Origin: Phoronis australis
Lineage: Eukaryota > Animalia > Phoronida
Assembly (NCBI GenBank): GCA_002633005.1
Contig: NMRA01000379.1
Location: 310,001 to 374,000, forward strand
Reading direction: 5' to 3'
Length of the DNA stretch: 64,000 bases
In this document: in pieces, positions 26,801-40,041 of the stretch
Position numbering within the stretch: position 1 is the first letter of the stretch
Layout: every line of letters begins with the position of its first letter
The notes under the pieces: model-generated
What the model was told of the DNA's origin: nothing
Database searches by the model: none
Seen by the model: the letters and a program-made list of their open reading frames with translations, nothing else
Translations under genes and position numbers: made by a program

Positions 26801-29800
26801 CTGAAATTTAAGTAGTAAAACAGAGTCTTTACTGTATTAGCTTAAAATCAATTGCCTGTCAAAAGTTCTGTTTTACTTTTTAAGATTTGGAAATTTGTAA
26901 AATTTGGACACAATTTACCTCTGGGAATTTTCCTTTTTCGTCGTTACAGGGTGCCACACAGTTTATAGTCAACACTGAGGATGGGAAACAGCAAGTCCTC
27001 AGTTTGAAGATGTCTGATGTCTACCAAGTTGTGCACCTTATTGGCAATCCTGCTGATAACATAGCATTACCACCTGGATTTTCAATACAAGATGGTGAGA
27101 CATACACAATACTCAATTATGTGTCTGCTTGAATGGTTTGATCATATCCTTAAACCTTCATGGAGTATCAGCCCTTTATTTCAGTCAAACAGGCACGCCC
27201 ATATCTTTTAGTACAGCTTGATCTATAAATATTTTTTTCAATAGTTCGTGGTGAACAGTTTTAGCTTGATGCTGTGTGTAACTATCGAGGGGTAATCAAC
27301 AATTGGTCAGACTTCAAAACCACTTGCTCGGACTTGAAAACTGGTCGGATGTACTGCAAAATCAAATGGCCGATGATCAAATGTGTTGTACGGACTTCAA
27401 AACGTGATGGCCTCAACCAAAAAACTAGTTGGCTCAACCCACAATTGATTGATCAGTGCTATAACCAGGTGGTCAGAGGTTAAACACGACGGCCAAACTT
27501 CGCCAGAGACTCACTTTGAATGTTTCAAAGGATTCAATTGATGTCTATTGTTTAAGTTTAGTATCTGTTTGTTTGTTTTGCTCAAAATCGGTGATTTGTT
27601 CAGCTATGGTGTTTGAGCACTCCCAACCGTTTTAGGATAACCTGAATTACCTTCTGTGAGTGGGTAAGATGTTAGGCACAAATCCTCTCCCCATAGGTAC
27701 GCCCACTGAGGATAAGCTGAAGGTATGGGGGGTCATGTTTCCCGTAGTGAGCTGACTGTGGAATCTTCTCAGAGGACCTTTCCGGTGGCTGGATCCGTTT
27801 TAGGTCCAGCTATCCAGTTTTGAGGTCTGACCAACAAGTTAGAACACCGGCCATTTGGTTTTGAAGTCCGACGATCAATTGTTGATATCCTGTTGACTAG
27901 TATGACAAAAATAGACATTAAATTTTGAACTGTTGACGAGTTATGGAGGTGTTTGTACAAATGGTTGTAATTATCATAGTGTAATATTGATAATTATTAC
28001 CAAAGATATTCCTGTACTGCACCTTTGCGACATTAGTGAAAAAAAGACACACTTTTTGTTGTCAGGTGTGCCCAAAGGGCACAGGTTCAAACCTGGTCGG
28101 AAATATCTCTGTTATAACAATTGTGTATTGTTTTAAAATAACATGTGAAAATAATAATTATTATGAATTAGTTTTATTGTGGTGAGTCAGCGCCCTCTCT
28201 TACCTGAGGGGAAATGGGACTTTTAGGAAGGCAATTTTTTGGTTGAGGGACTAAGTCTTTCTTCTCTGCTGGTCACTAACAATTTCACCTTCCCCAGCCG
28301 CCACCGCTCATGGGCAATGCCTCATATAATGGGAGTGGTTCAAATATTCAGACAGGTGATACTTCGTGCATCATGTAATTGAGCTACTTTCAGGTTTCCT
28401 TGTTCTGCCTGTCACCACATGTTCTGGTAATGTTGATGACAGTGCTGAGGACGGCAATCAGGACGGTCAGTCCTTGTCACCTGCATTCACTGTACAGCGT
28501 ATATCTCAGGTAAAGTGTGAACTCGCATCATGTCAGTCAGTCCTTGTCACCTACATTCACTGTACAGTGGATATCTCGGGTATGGTATGTACTCACATCA
28601 TGTCCCAATACAGTCAGTCATTATCACCTGCATTCACTCTACAGTGGATATCGCAGGTACAGTGTGTACTCGCATCATGTCCCACGACTGTCAGTCCTTG
28701 TCTCCTCACTGTACAGTGGATATCTAAGGTAAAGAGTGTACATCATGCCCTAATGTTTGACACTAGCGTTTGTTTAAATTGACTTGTATGCATGTCTGTG
28801 GCAAAATGCATAGCAATTTCGGCTTATTGGTGCTTCGTTAACCCAATACAAGTTTGTTCACCATCACGTTTGGACTAAGCATGTCTTCCGAAGTTGTATT
28901 GATAGTCTGTGGTGCACCAGTTGCAATTTTATCACAAAGGAAATTATGATATTTCGTTCACCAATTGAAAGTACTGTTCCAGTGTATTGTCACTTATTGC
29001 AACTACACAGACTGAGCTAAATCGTTTTGCAAAAGGCCTGCATCTTCATTGTGCATGTTCAGTTCCACTGAGTAAATGGAAATAATGGATACAGTCTGTG
29101 TTCAATGACTAGCTGTGCATTGTATTGGCCCAATGTATGATGGATACAGGCTGTGTTCAATGATTAGTTGACTAGTTGAGCATTGAACTGGCCCAATGAA
29201 TGATAAGTACAGGCTGTGTTCAACAGGGCTTGGAATATTCCGCGGAAACGTGGATTTCCACTTTTTTCAAATGTTCTGTCCGTGCATTTTATTATATTTC
29301 CGCGTAAAAAAAAATCGGATTTGATATAAAATTTCCGCGACAAATTCCTTTCTTACCGTGGCGTTGCAGACGACATTCACCTCGAAAAGCGGAAGTTGCT
29401 CTTTATGTTTCGGAGGAACGTAAATTGTCAACATTGCCGGAGCATCTGGGTAAGCGTAGTGGTATTTTCAATGGCGTCTCGTGTTATTGTAAACAGCGAC
29501 GACAAATACTACGGCTATGCAGCCAAAAATGCGTGGGTTGGGAGTGGACGGACGAGCTAAAAGGATGCAGACGCATGCTAGTGATGGTGGTTTTGTTTTT
29601 TTTTCTTTTTTTTTTAGTCCTCCCGAATTTTGTCGGGGTAAGGCTGGGTATCGCGCATGATTTGGGCCGTAAAAGTTTCCCGCTTTTATTGTCATTGGTC
29701 ATTCCAAGCCCCGGTTCAATGACCAGTTGAGCATTTTGTGGCCCAGCGAGTGCTACTCGCATAAAACCAGACATGTCCTGCCTATCTTATAATGATATCA

Positions 29801-32800
29801 TGTGTTGTGAGTGAATATTTTATGAAGTTCGTGGGATTGACATTATTGCTTTCTTGCCTTGCATTGCCGTCACATTCCATTTCAGTGTCTGTGTATATCA
29901 TTCATTGTAGAACAATGGCAAGTTTATCAACATGCCTTCCACCTTGTCTGGTAAACTTTACTGTTGTATGGAGGAGAACTGTGGGCGCTTGTTTGACAAA
30001 CAGTCCAAGCTGAGAGTGCACATCATGTCACACACAGGGGTCAGGCCATTCAAGGTAAGGCTCCATGCCTTTATTAAAATATAAAAATTCAAATGTTTTT
30101 GTGAGACAGATAAAACATCAATTAAAGTATTTGAAATAAACTTTATGTGGAAGCTGTTTAAATTCTGACTAAATTTTCACAAAATGTCAACCAAAGTGCT
30201 ATTTTGTTGCATCAAAAATTCTATTTGTTTTCCAGTGTGAAATTGAAGGTTGCCAGTGGGCCTTCCGGACAAACTTCCAGCTAAAGCGACATCACCAAAG
30301 TCACTTGAAGAGGAAAGATTTCAAGGTAAACATGTCTGGAACCTAGTGTTGCCATCAATCAATGTTCTGTTACAAAATAGAAATATGTACATCAGTGTTT
30401 GCACGGCATGTAAAAATCTGGGCAGCCCGCCACACTCCTTTTTTGGCCNACCAGAAGTTTGCCACTCAGAGGAAGCTGGACGTCCATCACAAGACACATG
30501 ACAATGCAGAAAAGAGCTACAAGTACGTATGTTATAAGATGTTCCGTTATATGTAAGTCTAGCAGTGCACCAGTGCTCATTTTAGTAGCCGGTTGTCGTG
30601 TCAGTTATTTCCAATTTATGAGGTTAAGCAAGATTGATAGTTGTTTCTTTTATTGCCTTTTAATTTATAGTTATGTCAGAAACGATGTTCATCTTAAATT
30701 TGTAGGGTCATAGTCAAACATAGACATTCTTGAATTAGGATATGAAAAGTCACGTATATGGTAAACAAATCTGCCCAGACCGTTACTATAGCTAATCAGC
30801 AATGCATTCGTGTCACTTGACATCATGAACTGACCTCAGTTTTTTTTTCAGCGAACGGGGGTGATGTTAAATGCAGAGAGCGGTGGGATCCGCTTTTAAA
30901 AGCACGGAAAAACCGGCGTCCATGAATTTAAGATCAAAGCATGAAAATTTATTATATGCATTTATTAAAATGTCATCGTTATGACAACCTTTCCTTCCAC
31001 AGGTGCCCTTACCCAGGCTGTGACCGAGTATTCTTTTCTGCCAACTGTATGGGGTCACATGCCCGCTGGCACAGTATGGCTGTTGACCTCACCTGTCACT
31101 ATGAGGGATGTGGGCGTGTCTTCACCAAACTGTGCCGGCTCAAAACTCATCTCAGGATGCACACCGGCGACAAGCCCTTTGTTTGTAAGGTACTGACTCT
31201 CTAAGTCTATGGATTAGTTAGTTGTAAAACATATCAAGGGTAATTGGCAATACTTTTTCCTCATCCAATAGAAATATGCGAGAACAACTGTGTCTAAATA
31301 GCTGCATAAAATGCTTTTGGTAAAAAAGTTTTAATTAACACCGTGACCTGAAATTTTATGAGGTCGTCTGAAAAAATAACGAAGTATCAGTTCTTGCCAA
31401 GCCCAGAGATCACCTGTAAACTGAGCAATGAAAAATATAAGGCTAGTGTTGATTGATAAGTGGTTTAAATCAAAACATGGTTTGTTGACAGAAACCATAG
31501 GTCTAGTTCCGCTTTTATTGGTGGAAGTTGGGGGCCAAATATCTTACTGTTATTAATTCATGTAGACCATCTGCAACTGATTATTCAGTCAATGCACAAT
31601 GAGCTTGCAGTAATGTGGTATTCACTAAATTTCATTTAAAGACATGTGGTGCTGCTTTCACAACAAATAGTAAGCTGGTGCGTCACGAGGGTATCCACAC
31701 AGGGGTGAGACCTTACGCATGTCCCGTTGAGGGATGTGGCAAGCGCTTCCCACGACAGGAGCACCTTACTGGCCACCTGACGACCCACACTGGAGAAAAA
31801 CCATTTGAGTGTCCTTTTCCAGGTACGAACTGAGTTATCTCTATGTTACTGTCAATGACCCATCAGGGCTGGACATAAAACTTGACCTATAAGTTCATGA
31901 GGATATTTGTCTTATTTATTATTAAGTTTAGACTGGACTCTCTTTTCAGCCACTGTGACAATCAGCAATAATTTATGTCATTTCATGCTTCCACTCAAAT
32001 TTTAACACCCAAAATGCCTTATTGCTTAGGGCATAAAATGGTGATCATCAAATTTCAGTGGCAAAGTATGATGGACACAACTATTTATTCAGATTAAGTA
32101 CTTTGTGTGTAAGTCATAAATCAAATGACTTTCAGAATCTGGAAACTCACTTAAGTTTTCTCCCAACATTGCAGAGCTGCCTGACTCCTACTGGGAATTA
32201 GTGACTGACTGATTTCCACAAAAACTTAACCACCCTCTGCTGGTGTTCCTTAACAACACCAGCAGGAGGAAAATTTAAGTTGTCTGAGTTGTCCTTTTCT
32301 CAGCTGGGATCAGTTAGCCACCAATCTCTAGTAGGAGCCATGTTGCTTGGCAACATTGGAAAAAAGTAACAGTTAGTTTCCAGAAAATTTTTCATATTTA
32401 TTTTACACATTCAGCAGCAATGGCTTGTCAGTTCTTTCAATGCCAAAAAATCAATTTTAATCTAGCCTAGTATCAACCTTATATGACCAAGTAATCCTAT
32501 TCGACAGTTGATGTTGATAACATCAAAAATTACCAAAGGAGGGTGAAATAAAGCTGTAAATGGGATAGCACAAAGTGCAACACCCCTTGAGTATTGTTGA
32601 CCTGTTTCTCCAATCTCTCTGCTGGCAGGATGTGGCTCCAGATTCTCTGCCAAGAGTAGTATGCAGGTCCACTATAAGAAGCATCAAGACGGCTCCATGG
32701 GCAAGAAAAAGCTTCGATTCCCATGTCCTCTGGAAGGCTGCCAGAAGGTGTACACTACCAAGGCCAGCTTGCGTGGCCATCTAATGAAGCATGTGGGCAC

Positions 32801-35800
32801 CAACTTTCTCAGTGAGTGCTAGAAGATGTTTCATGAGAAGTGTCTTGTGACGTGCCTTTAGACTGAAGTCAGACATTTTTTCATATGCTCCACACAGCTA
32901 TTTGTGAAAAATAATTTAATCCGATTTCTGCAAGGAAAAAATGCTTGAGAATATTGCCATAATTGCTAATTACTCAGATAATGAATGTTGACTGAACTGT
33001 GACATGTACTAACAGTTACATTGCAGAAAGTTTATTTATCAATTATGGCTGATTTGTTTTCGCTGCTACATTTTGTGTTGCTGTCCTTTTGTAGATGTGG
33101 TTGGAAATCAGTCAGAGCTGGAAATGGTGACAATGTTGGCAGCCAGTGCAGACTTTGCAGCGACCTCTGGTGGGGATTTACCACAGTCCACCTCAGGCAC
33201 AACAGCCACTGGTAAGGGTTGAATATTTGGTTTAGTGTGCATTATTGGAGTTTGTAGAGGTGTGTTGTCCTTTTGGAGAGGAGTGTAACTACAGTTGTAT
33301 TACTTTTAGTTGCCTTGCAACAAGTCTTTGCTCCTTTGCTTTAGGTTGTTGACCCTCCTAAGGCAAACAAACATGACTGATATTTGTGTGACGGAAAATA
33401 TATTCATGAAAGTTAAGGGAAATGTATCGTGCCTTTCAAGTGGGAGCTTGGCCTAACAAAGTTACATTTATGGTCTTTTGTTTCACATTCTGTCTTTTGA
33501 TTTTCACATTTAGAATTCAAGCAGTTATAATGCTCAGTAGCACCTTCAGGTCTTAACGCCAATTATTGTACACTACAGTTAATTTCAAAGTAATGAAGAC
33601 TCTTGTATGTTGAGATTCCAATTTTCAGTTGTTTTCGAAATTCTGTTGAATGTTTGCTGGGGTAATCGAGTGAGCATAAATGCCGAGTCTTGTTTTTATC
33701 CTAAAGTTCAGAGTGGTTGAAATTTGGCGACACTTTGAGAAAATGTTATTTTACAGACTCGCACCAAAATAAACAAACCAACACCTTATCCGTGCTGTTT
33801 AAAGTGGTTGAAAACTCTCCAATTTTGAAATGCCTGTGCATTGTATCAGAGACTCTTAAGAAGTATTGGCAACTGGTTTTGTTGGAACCAGTGACTCAGC
33901 ATCTGCTGGATCATGAGGTGGCCAATTCACTTCCATATGTTGTACAGTAAGAACTACAAGTTAAGTTGAGTACCTCGTGTGTAAGTGTTGACACTGGCAT
34001 ATGATTTAATTTCAAAATACACCATGGTTTCAGGTGTTTCGACGGTGACGTCTACAGAAGGATCATTTATTAATCCTACAGATTACCTTATTAGTAAGTG
34101 GTTTAACTGAAGTAAAGTCACGTCTTGTATTTAAGTCGTTATAAACCCATCTTCCATCACAAAAACAACTTTCAGGTTAGACCGCTAACTGCTACAAAAA
34201 TAGTATCAACTTGTTCCTTATATGGAAGGTGATTTCAGGGTTTTGGAAGAAGTCATAACAATACATTATTGGTTAGGACAATGATTTTACTATAAGTTGG
34301 TTTGTCACAGTGCAGAGTTGGTTTGTTATATTGCAGAGCATGTCTTCAAGAAATAGTGAACTTTCAATGCCGTACAGACCTAGAAATCACTTCTCATTTT
34401 CTATGGACAAATCTTATACAGTCAGATAAATGGTGCAAATCGTAACTGTGTGTGTATTATAAATTGTGTTATATGTGTTTCAAATGTATCAACCTTTCTT
34501 TGGGTCTGTTGTAATTAGTTCACTGTTTCATTTTTGGATTAACAGAATGATACTTCATCTTTTGCTTAGTTCAGGATATCTTGCGCAGAAGGCTGTCACA
34601 CTAATGTTAAGTTTCACAAATATGAGCTAGTTTACTTTCAAACTTTTTGAGTAATTTCGTGTTTTTACTATAACTGATACTAAAATTTCTATGTCGTCTT
34701 TTTACAGAACATCAGCAAACAACTTTGACCTCTACAACATTTCCCCCACCAGATGTCATCACCCATCATGTTGGCAATAATGTTGTGACCCAGTTGGTTG
34801 TATCCCCCAATCTTGGCCAGCCAATGGCGCCCTCTATAAGCACTGACAATTCACAGTTTTCTGTTGTTTCAATAGCCAGTGGTAAGTGTGCCATTTGATT
34901 CGAGTCGCTTGTAGTTACAAAATAGGTTTCAATTTGTTCATTACTGAAATTAGAGGTAATCTCTGCATTTGGAAATAACTTGTTTGAACCGAGTATGATC
35001 TTCAGCAATAATGAGATCTTGGATCTTTTCACCTCCTTTTGTCTAAGTAAAGAACAAGCCAAGACAATGGATAATGTCCTAAGTCAAAGGCTGTTTTTAA
35101 CAGAATGTGGGTTTATGACGGTTTTATTTCATGAAAGCTTTTCTGTTGTTCAGAAATTTGACCACAGCTCATTTAGGATTCAACATTTTTAATTGTAAGT
35201 AAAGTTCAATAGTTGCACAAAGTTCACTTTCTGAAGATTTCAATAGCCCATCCCCAGGTGTGTTATAAGAGACAGTGGAGGTGTTTACGATGATGGTCTT
35301 ACAGCAAACTTTCATGTATTTACTTTCAATTGTTAAACAAAGATGTCAAAACTGTGCGATTTGTGCTTTTAAGACGTGCCAGGGTCTAGTGAGAACAGTA
35401 CAATAGGGAAGGAGCAAGAAGAAGGTTCAGCAAGGACTGACTATGTCAACAATCAAGTGTGGAGTGTCAGGGCCAAGAACAGACGGCAACTTTTGAAGCA
35501 CCGGCTTAGTGTTGGCTTCAACTTCGATGAAAAAGTGTCCGGTGAGTTCAGAATAGGTCGGTTGGGAATTACCCACCTGAGCAAGGGGGGTTAGGCAATT
35601 TTGGCATCTTGTTGCATAACATCGTGGTGTATATGGAAATGAGCAGGAATGCTTACAAATCTCAGATGGATTTTTCTTCTCAGTAGAGTAGTATGTTTAC
35701 TTTGTGCATTGACATCAATGTAAATGTACCTGAGACAAAGGTCCACCCACCTTCTTGACTAACAAAACATCTTGTTTGATAATTTGCTACCTTAGTTACC

Positions 35801-37465
35801 AAGGATATTGCTAGTGGACCCATTTCTGTGCACAGTAGAAGTATCCAGGTGTTCGTAGTCACAAGACTTTTTTATAAAAATGTTGATTTTTCACGAAGAT
35901 TGTATTTTTCCGTAAACAAGTAGTAGTTCTTGCTCATTCTATTAACTAAAAATTGTAAAGGAATTTCTTTTAAGGTCCTTATCCTGAGAACTCAGCTGCC
36001 AAACAATCTCAAGACTTGCACTTTTTTTCAAGAAGTGTTAGACATCTTCATGTTCAGCAGTCTAGTTCTCACTAAATGCCTGAAAACAAAAAACCAGACA
36101 CAGTTTTGTAGCAAGTAGAATTAAGAATCGGAATTTTTAAGTTTCCTGTGAAAAAATTGTAGTTCTGAAAATTACATGAATCTCTGAAAAATCACATGAA
36201 AATGTATATTTGTGGAATTATGTTTGTGCATATATCAAGATTCTGTGATCACTGGGGGGGGGGGTTATAAATGGTGAGGCTGTTATTTTTTGTATCTAGT
36301 CTTTTATTGGTGTTTGCAGCATTACACACATTGAGCAACAAACTTCAAAGCAAAAGTATTCAACTTTTATCGTGCTTGTTGTCGATCAGACCTATAAAGG
36401 GCAATGGAACAAACAATACACTGCATGAGCATCTTCTATGGAAAATCGCTGCAGAATATAGTTGCATGAATTATTACCTGGTAGTTCACACTAATATTGG
36501 TGGATAAATAGTTTTCTGGGTCCATGATTAGATCCTTGGTAACGCATGTAGGCTGTTACCTTAATGTACATGTTGTGGTACCCATGAACGTGTGCAAGCA
36601 GTCATGGTAAATAGGCGGAAAAATAAGGGCTTGCGTTTTGATGTGGTTTGTTGATTGGTTAAATGTGAAACACATAAATTTCTTCAGTTTCATATTTTTC
36701 TTTTGCTAGACTCTGATGCTAAAAATAAGGAGCCAGTGCTGAGTGGACCAACTTTAAATCCTCATGAACTGTTGACTTCACGAGCTATCACATTCAGGGA
36801 TCCAGAAACCGGCACAACATATGTGCAAACTCAGTTACTGCAGGTTTGTAGAAGCTTCACAGTTCCTCTTGAACTGTAGTATAACTGGCTAAAGTCGGAT
36901 CCATCTGTTTCAAGAGATTTCATTGTAGTATGAGGAAATCCAACTAATCTGAAGTCATGAGTGTATGAAGTAGAAGAACTTTATGGCTGAGTTGAGAGAA
37001 ATTCTCGCTTACTTATATCCAACTTGTGCAAGTTTTTCTGTAAATCATTATCAAGCAGGTTCAGCCAGATCTCATGAAGTTTTAAACAGTCAGCCTGTCA
37101 TGGATATTGTTCAGCATGTTGGTCTTGGGACCTGTGCATGTAGATATTTTAATACAGTTGATTACAAAAGCCTAATTGGAAGTATAGTTATACTGTTGGT
37201 TGGTTTCAAGTTGTAACAGGCTATATGTGGGTAGATAATAGAATGTTATCAGTGAAGCTCGGGTTTTCTTTCTTTCACCATGTTGGAGGGTTGTGTGTTT
37301 ATGTTGCAGGATGACCCACCCAATCCAGAGATCTACTCTGAGGATGAACATGCTTCTCACGGTGGAGTGAGTCTTCCAGTGGAAGGAGAAAGTTCCAACA
37401 TGCATGACAGTGCCAATGTGGTGGACTTTACTGGAACTACGATAAACCTTCAGGATCTGGCATAG
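23880..37465 (+). CDS. ZXDC: ZXD-family C2H2 zinc finger transcription factor (ZXDB/ZXDC-like), multi-exon, internally gapped at N 30449
   Basis: Exons: 23880-24770, 26950-27094, 28394-28509, 29911-30054, 30236-30325, (gap)30450-30522, 31003-31189, 31642-31822, 32629-32811, 33095-33211, 34034-34093, 34708-34881, 35374-35541, 36710-36843, 37310-37465. Tandem C2H2 fingers ([70 protein letters not shown]) plus ZXD-type C-terminal motifs [18 protein letters not shown] and terminal [10 protein letters not shown]. Confidence 0.9.
27287..27892. mobile_element. Degenerate TIR element with subterminal GACTTCAAAAC repeats
   Basis: atcaacaattggtcagacttcaaaacc is inverted as ggttttgaagtccgacgatcaattgttgat. 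Confidence 0.45.
28466..28750 (+). repeat. About 70-77-bp x4 tandem repeat of ZXD exon-3 3' end plus splice donor
   Basis: Unit cagtccttgtcacctgcattcactgtacagYGgatatctcag|gta..catcatg; donor-like sites follow 28509, 28579, 28656 and 28728. Confidence 0.88.
29224..29713. mobile_element. hAT-like MITE (CAGGGCTTGGAAT TIR) with apparent 6-bp TSD
   Basis: GTTCAA|CAGGGCTTGGAAT ... ATTCCAAGCCCCG|GTTCAA. Confidence 0.8.
32180..32340. mobile_element. Small inverted-repeat MITE-like element
   Basis: tgactcctactgggaattagtgactgactgat / atcagttagccaccaatctctagtaggagcca. Confidence 0.5.
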
Positions 37466-37602
37466 ACAGCTTGATCATGCACTGAGTACCTGTATAGTTC
37501 AGGAAAAAAGTAATCAGACAAAATACCATTTCCTTGTCATTATAGCTAATTATATTTACAGCTAAATGACTGGTAATGACTTTTCTAGTGCCATAATTCT
37601 TA

Positions 37603-38360
37603 CCGTATTCGCCCTAATAAGCGCCGAGGGTGCTTAGAAAAATTTGCTTCTGGAAGGGGGGCGCTTATTATAGACTAGACCAAAAGTGGTTGAAACCCAG
37701 TTTCCGAAACAGGTGAAATCGTAAGCTAGAATTCATCAAATGTATGCTCTGTGATGCATCTGTAACCTTGGACAGAGTTTCTGCAGAATTGCAGTGCATT
37801 GCTGTCAAACGTTGTTGTTAAATTATGAGCATTTTTCAGAAAATCCCAGTGCGAAAACTGATGCGTCGCTGCCTTGCGGTCGCCGATAGGTCAACTTGAA
37901 TTCTTGAGAAAAAATAAAGTTTCAACTCGACAAATTACCTGAAGTCTTCAAGTTTTCAAAATAAAGTCCCTAAGATTTTTAAGTTCCTGTGTAGTCTGGA
38001 TTAGTTGCATATTAAGTCCAAATCTGCACTATGCTCCGCAACACGAGAAAAATCTCTGGATGAACACACGTCACATGATGCTTGTTTTGAAGTTCGTCAG
38101 CATATTTGTGGGTATTGTGTGAGAGAGAGCGAGCGCGTGCATGTCATCAGATTTCATTTGCCAGAGTAAATGCAGTGTAACGATCTGGGTGTGCATTGTA
38201 AGTAAGGAAATTTACACAAGCAGTAAAGTAGAACGTGTTTTATCTAGCACTTGTTGATTTCATCTGCTAAAAAACACTCGAGAATTGTCTTGGTATGGCG
38301 GATGTCATTGAGTCCCTGGGTGACTGGATGTGTGACAGTCTAACAGTTATGTTTCGGGAG
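37603..38360 (+). mobile_element. HIRAN-family Tc2-like element, partial (probable haplotype duplicate of 38552-40041)
   Basis: Same left TIR and same flank as the copy at 38552; truncated at N 38361. Confidence 0.8.
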
Positions 38361-38551
38361 NCAATGTGGTGGACTTTACTGGAACTACGATAAACCTTCA
38401 GGATCTGGCATAGACAGCTTGATCATGCACTGAGTACCTGTATAGTTGAGGACAAAAAGTAATCAGACAAAATACCATTTCCTTGTCATTACAGCTAAGT
38501 ATATTTACAGCTAAATGACTGGTAATGACTTTTCTAGTGCCATAATTCTTA

Positions 38552-40041
38552 CCGTATTCGCCCTAATAAGCGCCGAGAGTGCTTAGAAAAATTCGCTTCT
38601 GGAAAGGGGGCGCTTATTATAGACTAGACCAAAAGTGGTTGAAACCCAGTTTCCGAAGCAGGTGAAATCGTAAGCTAGAATTCATCAAATGTATGCTCTG
38701 TGACGCATCTGTAACCTTGGACAGAGTTTCTGCAGAATTGCATTGCATTGCTGTCAAACGTTGTTAAATTACAAGCATTTTTCAGAAAATCCCAGTGCGA
38801 AAACTCGCCAACTGATGCGTTGCTGCTTTGCGGTCGCCGATAGGTCAACTTGAATTCTTGAGAAAAAATAAAGTTTCAACTCAACAAATTACCTGAAGTC
38901 CTCAAGTTTTCAAAATAGAGTCCCTAAGATTTTTAAGTTCCTGTGTAGTCTGGATTAGTTGCATATTAAGTCCAAATCTGCACTATGCTCCGCAACACGA
39001 GAAAAATCTCTGGACGAACACACATGTTGTCACATGATGCTTGTTTTGAAGTTCGTCTGCGTATTTGTGGGTATTGTGTGAGACAGCGAGCTCGTGCATG
39101 TCATCAGATTCCATTTGCCAGAGTAAATGCAATGTAACGATCTGGGTGTGCATTGTAAGTAAGGAAATTAACGCAAGCAGTAAAGCAGAACGTGTTTTAT
39201 TTAGCACTTGTTGATTTCATCTGCTAAAAACGCTCGAGAATTGTCTTGGTATGGCCGATGTCATTGAGTCCCTGGGTGACTGGATGTGTGACACTCTTAA
39301 CAGTTATGTTTCGGGAGATTCGGGGGTGTAAGGGTGCATAAGATAAGTGTTCACTGTCAGTGGGTCATTTTGACTTTGAAAACACCAATTACGACTAATT
39401 TAATAATTCCCCCTTAAAAATAATGCAAACATTTTTTACGGTATTAGAAACTTTCAGAAATAGGTGCCAGTATTTATAATTATTTCTTGCCAATGCTATG
39501 CTACCCGTTTCATGAATAGATAGTTCCCAAAGACTAATCTTCGATGACAGATTCTTGAATGTACCGTGCGCTTCCTAGCCACGTGCTTTAAACTGAACAA
39601 AGGTCAATTTTTTAGTAGTCTTCAATTCGTGGTTTTCACGTGTACAAAGAGATTTGAATTCCTGTTGAGGGAGAAGATCTGAACGGGAAAGATACAATTC
39701 AATCCCTTTGACAAGTTCGCTGCATCTGTTCTGAAAGGCCAGACCATAATTAATAGGACACATCCCTGATAAGATCAGCAAACTTGCGTTCTTTTTAAGC
39801 ATGGCGGAAGTTTAAAGTGTATAGTCACAACTAAACATCGACATAGTGGCGAGGCTTTTGGTCTACAAATTCCGTGCACAACGATTTTTTCAGGACTGTC
39901 TGATCTTATTGGTAAATTGAAGACGTTACTGTAGAAGTTTTGGAACTGTAAGGCATTTTTCGTTGTGCACGGCGTTCATGGGCTGGGCGCTTATTTTAGC
40001 TGTCTGAAAACGCGTGGGGGCGCTTATTAGGGCGAATATGG
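38552..40041 (+). mobile_element. Tc2/pogo-like TIR element with HIRAN-like ORF remnant (copy 3), in the putative ZXD 3' UTR
   Basis: TA|CCGTATTCGCCCTAATAAGCGCC ... GGCGCTTATTAGGGCGAATATGG|TA; remnant SSIRGFHVYKEI*IPVEGEDL..NPFDKFAASVLK..GLQIPCT..KLKTLL* at about 39610-39935. Confidence 0.87.

Noticed and set aside
38362-38413. Second ZXD C-terminal exon or paralogue
   Set aside because: Starts exactly at a single-N join and lacks an acceptor; most likely haplotype overlap.
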